Assembly (NCBI GenBank): GCA_965153355.1 | Contig: OZ231126.1 | Location: 48,918,001 to 48,982,000 of the forward strand | From: Flaccisagitta enflata | Taxonomy: Eukaryota | Direction: 5' to 3' | Length of the DNA stretch: 64,000 nt | In this document: piece by piece, positions 12,000 to 25,820 of the stretch | Layout of the letters: each line of letters opens with the position of its first letter | Numbering within the stretch: position 1 is the stretch's first letter | Made by a program: the position numbers and the translations under genes | The notes under the pieces: generated by a model | The model's input: only the letters and a program-made list of their open reading frames with translations | What the model was told of the DNA's origin: nothing | Databases searched by the model: none

Positions 12000-13702
12000 G
12001 TTACAAAAAGGACAATTATTTGTTTTAAATAATCATGATATTTGTAGATTAAATTGAAATATCAGAAAATAAGCTATAAAAAGCTTATGAAAAGACAGTA
12101 TTACAATTTTATGGAAAGTAGTAATTTATAAAAGTTAATTCAAACAATGTCAGCATATTGTTTTATCCCACTGCATAAGCAAATTAGGTCCTCAAAACCA
12201 AATTTTCTAAATAACGTAAGATGAACAATTTTTGATAACAGAAAAATGGTAAGAATCCTAAAATTGGCCATTCCACATTAGGTAAACAGGGTGATAGGAA
12301 AAAAACAACTTTTGCTCTGTGAAGCACCCAACTGAAATCCTCTAGGCTGTTTCTATAATCTCCTTTTTGATAGATGGCCAAATAGGTCAATTTCAAAATT
12401 GAGAAAATTTGTCAAAAACATTCTTAATCAGATAGCTCATGTCAATATGAACATGGTTCAAAAACTGAATTTTGTTACTGATCCTTGATTTTCATGTAAA
12501 TTAGGCTGAAATGCAACAAATAATGATCGAAAATAAGCAAAAATTGAGTTGTTGAAGTCCGCAAAATCAAAAAAATGGGAATATTTTACTAAATCAAAGT
12601 TCAAGAATTCAATCAGACCCGATTCTGCTGAAAAAAATTGAGATTTCAATTTTTTTTGAAAATTCTCTATAAGCAGCTTTTTTGGCTGGTTGGGCCAGTT
12701 GGCAAAAATTTACTGAATCTTTCGGCGACAATGAATTCAAGTAGGCATTCTCTGAAAGAACCACTGTGCAAAATTTCAGCCAAATCGGACAAATATTTTA
12801 GAAGTTATGCCGTTTTTTTTAATTTTTGGGTGGTAGGCTGGTTGGGCTGGTTGGGTTGGTTAGATGTGTCCCAGATGCACCAAATGCTCTGTTCGTAATA
12901 GTTTCAGTACAGTATTGATCCATGCAAAAAATTTTTTGTCTCTCTCAAAGGGTTTCCAAGATATGGGCATTTCATGATTTTTTTGGTTTACCATTTTGCT
13001 GTAAGTGCATACATGCGCCGATAACAAAGAATTAACTACGAAGATTCATCTTGAAGCGTGATTATTCTGCAACAATTTACTGACCAATCACATTGAAAAT
13101 TTCATTATGGCTGAATGCCCGGGAGTTAAGACCTGAAATTTTCAGTGTATATGCAAAATTTCATGCTCTTTCTCATCATGTTATCCAAATTTCCATCATC
13201 AGTTTCACAATGGCGTGACAGTGACAGACTTAAAGCGTGACATGAGCGTGACAGAAGAGCTGGGGGGGTGTGCAGAATAATCACGCTTGAAGAAAAGTGT
13301 CATTACGCGGGATTGGGGTGTCACAGTGGCATGAAATTTGGAGTGTATGTCCTTCAAGTAGTCCTCTATTAGATAGAAACCTGAAAAGTGATTAACTTTG
13401 AGAATTTATAGTGTTTTAAAAAAAGATAATCGGCATACTCAGATTTTGCCATGAAATAGCAAAAAAATTAGAAGGATCAAAATTTGATGATAATACAATA
13501 TTTGAACAACTTAGCATTTGCGCAGTAGGATGAAATTTTTTGTACATCACATTGGAATGATGATAACTGATTAAAAGCTGAGAAATGATCAGATAATCTA
13601 TTTTTGATAGGTTTTGCTTGTTATTTGCTTGTCCGGACAAAATCCGGACATGCCAATGTGGCCAATTTGACCTAATTTTTACTACCCCTAGGGGTAGGGG
13701 TA

Positions 13703-13849
13703 GTCACAAAAAATGGTTTGGCAAGGTAATCCAGGTAGTTAGGAAGGTCATCCAACTATAAAAACTTGTCACAATGCAATAGACATTGCGGTAACACTGT
13801 TAACGTGGTGGTGAGTCGGGTTCTCTCGTCGAAAAGAGATTGTGACATT
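13703..13849. repeat. Dispersed repeat, inverted copy at 46097-46243
   Basis: About 147 bp of near-identical reverse-complement match; probably a transposon end. Confidence 0.75.
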
Positions 13850-14399
13850 CGCCTCTAAATCAAATTTTGGTGAAATGACAATTTTTCTTTAAAATGCTGC
13901 CATTTGAAAACGGATTGAGCCACTGAGCTCTGCTTAGTCTTGAATGGAAGATTTTTTGTCATAGTTTGTTGATCTGCTCTCATTTTTTTTATTAAATATA
14001 AAGGTCTAGCTGCTACATTCACGGTTGGGTGTCCGTATATTTTTTTCATAGAGAGCAATGGCCATGAAATGGTTCAGATTTTTGTAATAGTGGTTTTCCA
14101 TAGTCGATATATCCAGGAGTAATGCCAGTTGTAATTGTAGTTACTGGTGATTAGAATACACTGGGTCCTTCCCAATGTTCAGTTTGCCTGTAAAATAGCA
14201 ATACTGGACTCAATTGAGTATGAATCGATGACGATCAGGCCTTACTCTTACCTTAGTTTGAATGGCAGACGCTTAGACTAGACGGTTTTTCAGATTAAGC
14301 GCTTACAAGGCTTTCGCTTTGTACCTTTACGGACCAAATCCATTTTCTCACATTCATTTGCTTATTCACCGGCGTTTTTTCCCCCAAGCATTAAAATCA

Positions 14400-14449
14400 T
14401 TACGCATAACAAAAAACGTCGAGTCGGCCTTCTTTCTGGTACAACGGCA
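14400..14449 (-). CDS. Putative terminal exon of the mucin-like gene (VPLYQKEGRLDVFCYA*)
   Basis: Acceptor TTTTAG, phase 1 matches the upstream donor, open frame to TAA at 14400-14402. Confidence 0.5.
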
Positions 14450-14581
14450 CTAAAATCCCACACCGCCCATGCCGTTTTACCTTCTTTCTTTACTCCTCTC
14501 CCTCTGTTTAATTTACTTTTCTGTCTGTCTGTCTGTCTGTCTCGATTTTTATATGGCTGTTAATCTGTTTCTTTCCCTCTC

Positions 14582-14691
<110 letters not shown>

Positions 14692-14716
14692 TTTCCTTCT
14701 CCTTCTCCATCATTAC

Positions 14717-15476
14717 CTGATTGGCTCTCCTCCATTCTCATGGCCGCAGCGGCGATCAAGTCGGTGATCATTTCATTTGACATATCGTAATCGATGATAT
14801 CGAAATCCAACTCAGAAGGTTCTTCCAAAGACACTTTAGTGGTGGTGGTGGTGATGGCAGTAGTGAGAGCAGTGGCAGTGGTGGGGATAGCGGTGGTGAT
14901 GGTAGCTGTGGTTGTGGCTGCTGTGGTTGTAGCAGCAGTAGTGGTATCGGCGGTGGAGGTAGTGGTGATGGTGGTTCTCGAAGCAGTGTTTTTGGAAACA
15001 GCCGTGGTGGAAGCAGTGGTGGGTGTAGCAGTGGTGGGGGCAAGAGTGGTGGTGGCGATGGTGGTGGGGGCAACAGTGGTGGTGGCCGTGGTGGTGGGGG
15101 CAACAGTGGTGGGTGTAGCATTGGTGGTGGCCGTAGTGGTGGGGGCAACAGTGGTGGTGGCCGTGGTGGTGGGGGCAACAGTGGTGGTTTCGAGAAAAGC
15201 GGTGGTGACAATCTCTGACACTGCGACGGTTGGAACTGCCGCCGTCGTGGTCGCGGTTTCGCCCCGATTATTGTCACCGTTGTCGATTTGAGCGGTCAAT
15301 CTCGCGACGGCTTCGTCGAATGTTTTGTCGTCGACAGGCTCATCGCCGATGATGCCGCCGCCCATCGAAATCCAACTGGGGAGAATCGTTCTGCTTTGGA
15401 CGCCGACGAGGGAAAAGAATATCGTCACGATGATCAAATGACTTGTCCTCAGGCGGACCGACGATCGCGACGCCAT
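14717..15476 (-). CDS. Secreted Thr-rich mucin-like protein, exon 1
   Basis: ATG at 15476; signal-like LIIVTIFFSLVGVQS; TTVAPTTTAT repeats; acidic segment; donor CAG|GTAATG at 14717/14716, just before the (GA)n tract. Confidence 0.75.
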
Positions 15477-15516
15477 TTTATGTTGCTGGTTGATGGGTTA
15501 TTGTAGTTGTTGTTTT

Positions 15517-15618
<102 letters not shown>

Positions 15619-17041
15619 AACGTTGTTGTTAACGTTGTTGTTATGTAGTTGTTGTTTTTCTCGTCGCTCTGTTTGTAAAAGTGTCGAGGTCGTTACCGTG
15701 GTTGCCCCATTGTTTATTTAATTTTTTCTTTTTGCTCTTGAATGTTGTTGCTATCTATGATGCAGCAACATGCATAGCTGCAAAGCGCAACCCTTATCGT
15801 AATAGCTCTATGCTTATTGAAATCTGGGCTTTCGAACGATTCAATAAAATACGAGGTTCAACACGATATGGGGCTAAGTGCTTCAAGTATGAAAAGAAGT
15901 TAACTTGCTTTTATTTTTCATCGACATTGTTCAAAAGCAGATTTATCTAGAACGACTTATTTGTTCAGTTTTGTTTTCGTTGATATTGCCCTTTTCGGTC
16001 GACCCGATGAGATACGTAACAAAAACAACCCAGTTGGCGATATAAACAACGTTAGCGTCTTACAGTTAAAACCACTTAAACTTTAATGATAGGCATAAAA
16101 TGAAAAAAAATGAAAAGAAGAAGAAAGAAACCAAAACAATGCAAGGCCAGTCAATCACTGTGACTCAAGATTCTTTAACAGTAGAGTTTTTGATTGCACC
16201 AACGATACATTTATAATGTTGACTGTTGCGTTACATGTTTTTTTATCGAGAAAAAAATGAGATTTTTAAAAAAATTTAATCATGGAAAAATTGCACACCC
16301 TTTACACTTTTTGTTAAACCATTTTTTTCTTAAACCATTATGTAGCTGAAATACGTCTACTTTAAAGCATGACACATGAGAGTCGGAAATGCCACATGAC
16401 GTACTGTATCTGCTGTTAGCGTTACAAAATTAGAATAAATCTGGGATGCCAATGTCTCCTCACGTTTCCTCCTTTTATCGATGGCTGCCAAAGAAAAACA
16501 GACAGAGAAAGAGAGAAGGAGAGAGAGATAGAGTCAGACAGACAGACAGACAGACAGAGAAAGAGAAGTGTAGAAACAGACAAATTGGTGGAAGTACTAA
16601 GTGCAACAAAGACAAACTATGTCACTAACACAATGTGCATGGTGTACGTGGACAATGTAAAGTATGTACCAATAAAGGCGGCTAATCGCCGACCGGAAAA
16701 AAGTCGTAAATGGGTGTCTCTTTTTTTCATTTTGATTTTCTGTGTGTGCATCTCATGATGTCTGGTTGATTGGTTGTCTGTTTTTGTTATCCAATCTCTG
16801 TCTTTAAGTGTCTCTTTTTCCTCTGTCCTCTGTCTTTGAGTGTGTGTGTGTGTCCGTCCGTCGGTCGGTCCGTCCGTCCGTCGGTCCGTCCGTCGGTCCG
16901 TTACGCCTGTGCAAAAACCAAGTTTTTCGGCTTTTTTTGGACACGGTGAGATTCTATACTGAATCAAACGATCGACGAACGAGTTTCAAATCACGCAGAT
17001 GACGCATCTAGTTGCCCGATCGGGCTTGTTCCTCTGTCCTT

Positions 17042-17508
<467 letters not shown>

Positions 17509-17679
17509 TATCAATTTGGTCGAAATACTGAGTGCAACAAAGACAAACTATTCACTAACACAAAGTGCATTGCCATTGTGTACGTGGACAATGTAGGCAC
17601 AACCTAAAACAAATTGATCGCGCCCCCCAAAAAAAGACTGGGTAATTGAAGGACCGATTCAACTTTTTTTACTTACATC

Positions 17680-17849
17680 TTTTTAGATGCGTCATCGCAT
17701 CTCTATAAGTGGGTCTGTCCGTCCGTCCGTCGGTCCGTTGGTCCGTTGATCCGTCGATCCGTCGGTCCGTCGGTCCGTTGGTCCGTCGGTCCGTTACGCC
17801 TCTTCTTATATCACGCAGATGACGCATCTAGTTGCCCGATCGGGCTTGT
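17680..17849 (+). mobile_element. HINE-like element family C
   Basis: 5' TTTTAGATGCGTCATCGCATCT, GTCC repeats, 3' subTIR GACGCATCT, hairpin GCCCGATCGGGC then TTGTT; the same 3' end occurs at about 17000-17030. Confidence 0.75.
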
Positions 17850-20800
17850 TCATTTTCTACTGAATCAGGTGGAACGTATGAATAGGCGACCGTTCCTGTA
17901 CTCAATTCATTGTAAGATTTCTCACTTTTTGGCTCACATCCATGTCTTTCCTTCTTGGTTTTGATCTTTGAATGTTATCATTTTCACTACAGGGTGTATA
18001 AATGATGAGGTTTGCTAGATAAAGGTGCAGGGGCGAATTTCGATACGTCTGTACTCTGTAAGTCCGTCCCTCTGTCCCCCTGACGCCTGAGGCTCCAATC
18101 CAACCTACTGAGACCAGAATCCTGGCTTCGGAGCCTAATAGCACCTCTCACATATTAAGGCGCACATGTTCTCATCAGAGAATAACTACAGTCAATTCTT
18201 GGAAAGAAAAAACAAGTTTAAAATTCCCAAGCCTGTTGTTTTTTAAATTTTAAACATAGATTCCCTACACTTAGTTGATTAACAAAATCAAATGATGTTT
18301 CGCATAAAAGGAAGTATGGGCAGAAATTGAGGGCAGTTATTCCAGGAGTGATGAGTCCAAAATACAATAATTTTTATCTAAAGATTTTCATAAAGATTTA
18401 ACCTAATCATGACCACAATTGACAGCATTGGGTTAAAATGGTTTAGTCTAGTAATGTTTTTTACATCGCAATATCAAATCAAACACATACCCATGAATAC
18501 TGATGATATTTAAAATTGTACTAAATTTATCAACTGTGTTAATGGTTATCCGCCCATTTTGTGAAAACTGATTTTAGTCCTCACAGTGCTGAACACAGCC
18601 ATTACAGGATTGGAGTCTACTCTGTCAATTCTGAGTCAGAGATCAGCTCTGTCGTGCTGAAGCTCTAATCCAGACCACTGAGGCCTGAAATCAGTCTCTG
18701 AAGCCCAGAATCAACCTTCTGTGGCGTTAAATCAGCCCTCTCAAGCCATCAACCCTCTCCCTCTCCCCCTACCTCTTCCCCAGACAAATGGAAATTCACC
18801 CCTTAATTCAACAGTACATCAACTTAGAGACAGCAATTGAGTGTGAGTGGGCCAACAACATGTGGATCGTCAAACATATGCGTTATCCAACCGACAGATT
18901 GGCTGACCAACCGACCAACCAACTGATGGACACAGCTAGTTATAGAGGTACTTGGTCGCACCTTAAAACTTTTAGATGAGAGATTTCAATCATGAATGAT
19001 GCAAAAAGTAGAAAGTTTCATTTTTTTTTTTAAATTTTCATTTTTTTCATAAGTTGGTCTTGAACCTCACTCAGTCTTGGAATGCTAGGTTTATGTGGCA
19101 AATTTTGGTGCTCCCCTACATCCATGGCTCCTACCGCTACAGTTGTTCAGCTCGTGTAATAGAATTTGATGCCAAAAGAGGAAATTGCACTCTACCTAAA
19201 ACGAGGTAGTACGCAACATTTTGATGGGGTCAAGGTCATGACATCAAGTAAACTCTCGAATGTCTCAACTGTGCCACGTGTCATGTTGTTTGAAACCTAG
19301 GCGTTGGTTGTTGTTGTTGTAGTTGTTACATTGTTGGGCATGGGCAGAACTGGGGCAGTGTTTTCAAAAGCATAAGCGAGCAAAAATTTCTAATTTTCAA
19401 ACCGAATGATGGAGCGACGAACCAAAGGCTCTACCGAATGACAGGCCGACTGCGTGATCGCGTCTAACAAAGAGAAATTGTATCAAATTGCCTTTACTAG
19501 TGGGTACAAAGTCAAAGGAGGGAGGTGGTTATCTATGCGAGTCATCATCCAGCGTGGCATACATAGTCTAGTGATATTATCAAGTCATTTTTGAATTGAA
19601 CTGTCTTTGGTCTTGAAGCAAACCGCTCACATCTTTTACATCGACCTTCGTTAAGAAGCATTTATAACCGTGCTGGTTACTTTTTAAAATTGACTGACAT
19701 TGAATTGATTAATGCTGCGAGGAAAAAGATGAGAGGGAATGGGGCGGGGGCAACGTCAACGGTGCTTGGTTCTGGGGTTAGAGATGGGTGAAGGATTGGG
19801 GCCAGGGGGGGGGTCCGCTGAAAGTGAGTGGGCAGTGTTCCATAAAAGTGGCGTTGGTATTGGTTTAGTTAGAGTTGAAGCATTGTGAGATGTAAATGTT
19901 TGTAGCAATTTAAGCTAAGTGGTTGATGGTTGATGACTTTCCTTCTTGGTTTTGATCTTTGAAAGTTATCATTTTTACTACAGGGTGTATAAATGATGAG
20001 GTTTGCTAGATAAAGGTGCAGGGGCGAATTTCGATACGTCTGTACTCTGTAAGTCCGTCCATCTGTCCCCCTGACGCCTGAGGCTCCAATCCAGCCTACT
20101 GAGACCTGAATCCTGGCTTTGGAGCCTAATAGCACCTCTCACATATTAAGGCGCACATGTTCTCATCAGAGAATAACTACAGTCAATTCTTGGAAAGAAA
20201 AAACAAGTTTAAAATTCCCAAGCCTGTTGTTTTTTAAATTTTAAACATAGATTCCCTACACTTAGTTGATTAACAAAATCAAATGATGTTTCGCATAAAA
20301 GGAAGTATGGGCAGAAATTGAGGGCAGTTATTCCAGGAGTGATAGGTCCAAAATACAATAATTTTTATCCAAGATTTTCATAAAGATTTAACCTAATCAT
20401 GACCACAATTGACAGCATTGGGTTAAAATGGTTTAGTCTAGTAACGTTTTTTACATCGCAATATCAAATCCAACACATACCCATAAATACTGATGATATT
20501 TAAAATTGTACTAAATTTATCAACTGTGTTAATGATTATCCGCCCATTTTGTGAAAACTGATTTTAGTCCTCACAGTGCTGAACACAGCCATTACAGGAT
20601 TGGAGTCAAGTCCGTCAATTCTGAGTCAGAGATCAGCTCTGTCGTGCTGAAGCTCTAATCCAGACCACTGAGGCCTGAATTCAGTCTCTGAAGCCCAGAA
20701 TCAGCCCTCTCAAGCCATCAACCCTCTCCCTCTCCCCTACCTCTTCCCCAGACAAATGGAAATTCACCGCTTTATTCTACAGTACATCGACTTAGAGACA

Positions 20801-21304
20801 GTAATTGAGTGTGAGTGGGCCAACAACATGTGGATTGTCAAACAAATGCGTTACCCAACCAACAGATCGACCAACCGACTGACCAACCAATTGATGGACA
20901 CAGCCAGTTTTAGAGGTACTTGGTCGCACCTTAAAACTTTTAGATGAGAGATTTCAATCATGAATGATGCAAAAAGTAGAAAGTTTCATTTTTTTTTAAA
21001 TTTTCATTTTTTTCATAAGTTGGTCTTGAACCTCACTCGGTCTTGGAATGCTAGGTTTATGTGGCAAATTTTGGTGCTCCCCTACATCCATGGCTCCTAC
21101 TGCTACAGTTGTTCAGCTCGTGTAATAGAATTTGATGCCAAAAGAGGAAATCGCACTCCACCTAAAACGAGGTAGTACGCCCTGTAGAATTATGCAACAT
21201 TTTGATGGGGTCAAGGTCATGACATCAAGTAAACTATCGAATGTCTTAACTGTGCCACGTGTCATGTTGATTGAAACCTAGGCGTCGATTGTTGTTGTTG
21301 TAGT

Positions 21305-21571
21305 TCAGACCTGTACATCTTGTAGTAGTGAGTAGCGCCGCTACTCGGAAGGGCTGAATGATACTCGGAAGGTTTGGAAGGAAGGGAAGCAGGAAGGAAG
21401 GAAAGAAGGAATGAAGGAAGGAAGGAAGGAAGGAAGGAAGGAAGGAAGGAAGGAAGGAAGGAAGGAAGGGAGGAAGGAAGGAGGGAGGGAAAGAGGAAAG
21501 AAAAGGCAAAGGGCAAAAAACTGAAGGCAAAAAAAAGAAGCAAGAAAATGAAATGAACAAGAGAGAGAGAC

Positions 21572-21656
<85 letters not shown>

Positions 21657-22145
21657 GAGAGGGTTGTTTCAGGAAGAAAAGAGTTTCTTTCTATCAATCG
21701 ATTTATCAAGTGTTTTCTTGTGGTCTGCACATGTATAGACAGAGATTAGTGACAATTTTCTAAATGTTGCATAACTTTTGACCAGTCTTTTGATAATTTC
21801 TGAAGAGGGATATTTTTTCAGGCATTTACAGGAAAGTTGTGATGGGTCCGGATTAAACACCAGTTAGAGCTCCAAAGCAGAGGTAAGGATGCGCGGGATT
21901 TTCAAAAGCGTTCGCTTCCGCGTTTTCCAGCGTCTCGCGCATCGCATTACGCATCGCATCCAACGTTTTTGGTTGCTAACGCGTTCGTGTTACACGTTTT
22001 CATCGCTTCCAGCACTTTTTCTTTTAGAAAGAAAGAAACAAAGAAAAAAAGAATGAAAGAAAAAAGACAAAGAAAAAGAAAGAAAGAAAGAAAGAAAGAG
22101 AAAGAAAGATCGAAAAAAGAAAAAAAAGAGTGAATGGAAAGAAAA

Positions 22146-22213
<68 letters not shown>

Positions 22214-23031
22214 ACGAAAGAAAGAAAAAAAGAGAGATGGAAAAAGAGGAAGAAAGAAAAAAGAAAGGACAAAACAAAGAAAGAACGAAAGAAAGAAACA
22301 AAGAAACAAAGACAGAAAGAAAGAAAGAGAGAAAGAAAGAAAAAAAAGAAAGAGGAAGGAGAGATAGAAAGAAAAAATCGAGGAAAGAAGGAAAGAGGGA
22401 AAGAAGGAGAGAAAGAAAAGTAGATAGAAAGAAGGAAGGAAAAAAATGAATGCGTGAATGAAAAAAAGCAAGTAACCAGGGGCTGCAAAATTGTCACGGC
22501 AAACGACCTCCCTTCCCTAGACATACACACATGGCACATGGCACATGGCACACATACACGCTCACACGCACAACGAAGGGATGAATGGACAAAGCCTCTT
22601 TAAGAGTCTGCAACTTAAAAAAAAAAGGAAGAAAATTGTCAAAAGCAGAAGAAAAAACATGTGGGAATATCATTTTTAACGTTTTGAATTAAGAATTCCA
22701 AGACATGGCCAGGACAAAAGGGCATGAACGCAAACGCTTTGGTGAGGATGCGTATTCGCATCCACTCCTATATTCCAGCAGATGCGTTCACATCCTTATC
22801 CGCGTTTAGCAAAATCTCGCGCATCTTGTGCGTTCGCGTTCGCATCCCGGATCGCATCCTTACCCCTGCTCCAAAGGCTCTTGTCCTTATTTCAGATATT
22901 GTTGAGTAGTAACGTTGTGTAACATTCATTGTTAAATATGAAAAGGCATTTGAAAGCATAGCTTGACTAGTCGGAAGATTTTCAGGAAAAATATCTGCTA
23001 CTCGGAAGGAAAGCAAGATGTACAGGTCTGA
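21305..23031. mobile_element. Non-autonomous TIR DNA transposon, superfamily uncertain (P-like?)
   Basis: Perfect 18-bp TIR TCAGACCTGTACATCTTG / CAAGATGTACAGGTCTGA; TTGTAGT duplicated on both sides; empty site at about 19316-19330. Confidence 0.85.
21878..22868. mobile_element. hAT-type non-autonomous element nested in 21305-23031
   Basis: TIR CAGAGGTAAGGATGCG / CGCATCCTTACCCCTG; 8-bp TSD CTCCAAAG; CGCAT/GCGTT subterminal repeats. Confidence 0.88.
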
Positions 23032-23394
23032 TTGTAGTTGTTACATTGTTGGGCATGGGCAGAACTGGGGCAGTGTTTTCAAAAGCATGAGCGAGCAAAA
23101 ATTTCTAATTTTCAAACCGAATGATGGAGCGACAAACCAAAGGCTCTACCGAATGACGGGCCGACTGCGTGATTGCGTCTAGAGAGAAATTGTATCAAAT
23201 TGCCTTTACTAGTGGGTACAAAGTCGGAGGAGGGAGGTGGTTTTAACTATGCGAGTCATCATCCAGCGTGGCATTCATAGTCTAGTGATATTATCAAGTC
23301 ATTTTTCAATTGAACTGTCTTCGGTCTTGAAGCAAACCGCTCACATCTTTTCAATCGACCTTCGTTAAGAAGCATTCATAACCGTGCTGGTTAC

Positions 23395-23522
23395 TTTTTA
23401 GGTGCGACAAAGCACCTCTATAACTGGCTGTGTCTGTTGGTCGGTTGGTCTGTCGGTCGGTCGGGTAACGCATTCGTTCGACGATCCACACGTCGCACCT
23501 TATTGGCCTACTTGGCCTTGTT
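23395..23522 (+). mobile_element. Minimal HINE-like element
   Basis: AGGTGCGAC subTIR with 5' hairpin, GTCG repeats, 3' GTCGCACCT, GGCC hairpin and TTGTT; inserted in a T run, with the empty site at about 19675-19695. Confidence 0.85.
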
Positions 23523-25723
23523 AAAATTGACTGACATTGAATTGATTAGTGCTGCGAGGAAAAAGATGAGAGGGAACGGGGGGGGGGGGGGGCAACGCCA
23601 ACGGTGCTCGGTGCTGAGGTTGGAGATGGGTGAAGGATTGGGGCCGGGGGGGGGGGGTCCGACGGAAGTGAGTGGGCAGTCTTCCATGAAAGCGGCGATG
23701 GTATTGTTTTAGATAGATTTGAAGCATTGTGAGATGTTAATGTTAGTAGCAATTTAAGCTAAGTGGTTGATGGTGTTGTAAAAAACATTTGCATTGTATT
23801 CCATCAATAACAAATTCGTCATGCATTTAGTATACTAATAGTAACAAAACGTATTCTAATGTTGCGCAATTCACAGAGACTTAAAATATATGACTTGGAA
23901 CAACATTGCTTCATTGAAAAAAATGTATGATCAAACAATCCCTTCTAGTTGTTGAGGGCGCCGTAAGTCCGGTATTTTGAGTTGCGGACGCGCAACTCTA
24001 TAAGAGGCTTAGTCCGTCCATTGGTCCGTTGGTCCGTCGGGTGTCATCGAGTTGAAAAGTGGGAAAATGAGCGCTTTAGATACTTTTTGTGTATGTTTGA
24101 GTGTGGGAGGTGGGTTGGGGTGTGGATGGGGGTTGGATGCCCCTGCCCACCCGTCCGCAACGATATTGTGACCCCACGTCACTTGATCATTCAACGAGGA
24201 CAGTGTAGTGGGAGAGGGGGGAAGGGGGGAGGGTTTAGAGCTGGCCCAAGTTTCGGGGGTTCGTTGATACTCGATCTAGGGTCGGTTGAGGGGGGTATTT
24301 AAAGCGGAGCAGATGGAGGGTGTTTTTCTTTCTTGAAACCGCATCCTGCTTTTTCTCTCCGTCCTCGTTCTCTTCATCCCAACTGGACGAGTTCACAGGG
24401 TCATTAGAACATGTTCTAATTACTGTTTAGTCTCATCACAGCGTGAAAATAGCCTACACATTTTTGAATGTACATTTTCTCCCTTTTGAGTGGCGGCCCC
24501 AAAGGCACCGGTGTCCGTCTGTCTGTTCGTTGGTCCGTCGGTCCATCGGTCCATCTATCACGCCTGTGCAAAATATGCATTTCGTAGCTCTTTTCAGCCT
24601 CGGCAAGATCCCACACTGGATCAAATGATGATTAACGTGTTTTTAGAGGCTCCTTTCTAGGAAGAGTCTCTGTCCATCAATCCCCTCCCATAAATCACAC
24701 ATTCTCAGCGCGCAGATCACTCCACGCAGTGACACAATCAGGACGCATCGTTGCCTGATCAGGCTTGTATACTCTATCGCTTCCTCTTCATCCTTCCAAA
24801 TTACTGCCTTACGTTTTTTTACCAACTCAAGAAAAAGTCAGTGTAAAACTTTATAAGGCGAGGAAAAATGTAAAAAAAAAAAGAAGAGTAACAAAAAGAC
24901 GAAGAAAAGAGAAAAAAATAAAGAAAGAGAAAGAGAGAGAGAGAAAAAAAAGAGAAAAAGAAAAAGAAAAAAAATCAGTAAAGAAGAAAGAAAGGCAAAA
25001 AAAAAAAAAAAAAAATAGGGAGAGGAAATGAAAAAAAAAGAAAAGAAAAAGAAAAAAGAAAAAGAACAAGGCCGGGTACACGGCTACCGATGTCGCATGC
25101 GGGTGGGCAGAAGCCATATTTGAGATCACCAGATCATTTTGGCAGGAGCAGTGAGGTTACTGTCTTACGTTTTTTTACCAACTCAAGAAAAAGTCAGTGT
25201 AAAACTTTTTAAGGCGAGGAAAAATGTAAAAAAAAGAAGAGTAACAAAAAGAAAAGAGAGAAAAATAAAGAAAGAGAAAGAGAGAGAAAAAAAAAGAGAA
25301 AAAGAAAAAGAACAAAAGTCAGTAAAGAAATAGAAAGGCAAAAACATAGGGAGAGGAAATGAAAAAAAAGAAAAGAAAAAGAAAAAGAAAAAGAAAAAGA
25401 AAAAGGAAAACGGAAAAAGGAAAGAAAACAACAGATAAACAAAAGAAAAAATAAGGAAAACAAAAAAAAAAAAAAAAAAAAAGAAAAGAAAAAGAAAAGG
25501 AAGAAGAAAAAGAAAAGAAAAAAAAGGATAGAAAGGATAAAAGGGATAGAAAAAGAAAAGAAAAGGAAAAGGAAAAGGAAAAGGAAAAGGAAAAGGAAAA
25601 GGATAAAGAAAAAGGATAGAAAGGATAAAAGGGATAGAAAAAGAAAAGAAAAGGAAAAGGAAGAGGAAAAGGAAAAGGAAAAGGAAAAAGAAAAAAAAAG
25701 AAAAAAAAAGAAAAAGAATAATA

Positions 25724-25820
<97 letters not shown>

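Larger units (their letters stand above)
17946..23774 (+). repeat. Tandem segmental duplication of a 2-kb unit (copy A 17946-19930; copy B 19937-23774 with insertions)
   Basis: Long near-identical colinear sequence; the duplicated ORF pairs 17902/19869 and 18788/20756 in the ORF track reflect it. Confidence 0.92.

Noticed and set aside
13185-13210. CTGATGA-TG-GAAA on the minus strand (hammerhead core); also CTGATGA at about 18172(-), 27936, 60090 and 61699
   Set aside because: No stems I-III or NUH cleavage triplet can be formed around these cores.
14410-14430. LDVFCY resemblance to the end of a Link module
   Set aside because: Only a few residues match and none of the rest of the domain is present.
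17902-21175. Duplicated short ORFs (80/88 aa and 63/63 aa)
   Set aside because: They result from the tandem duplication and lack domains, splice structure or evident coding conservation.
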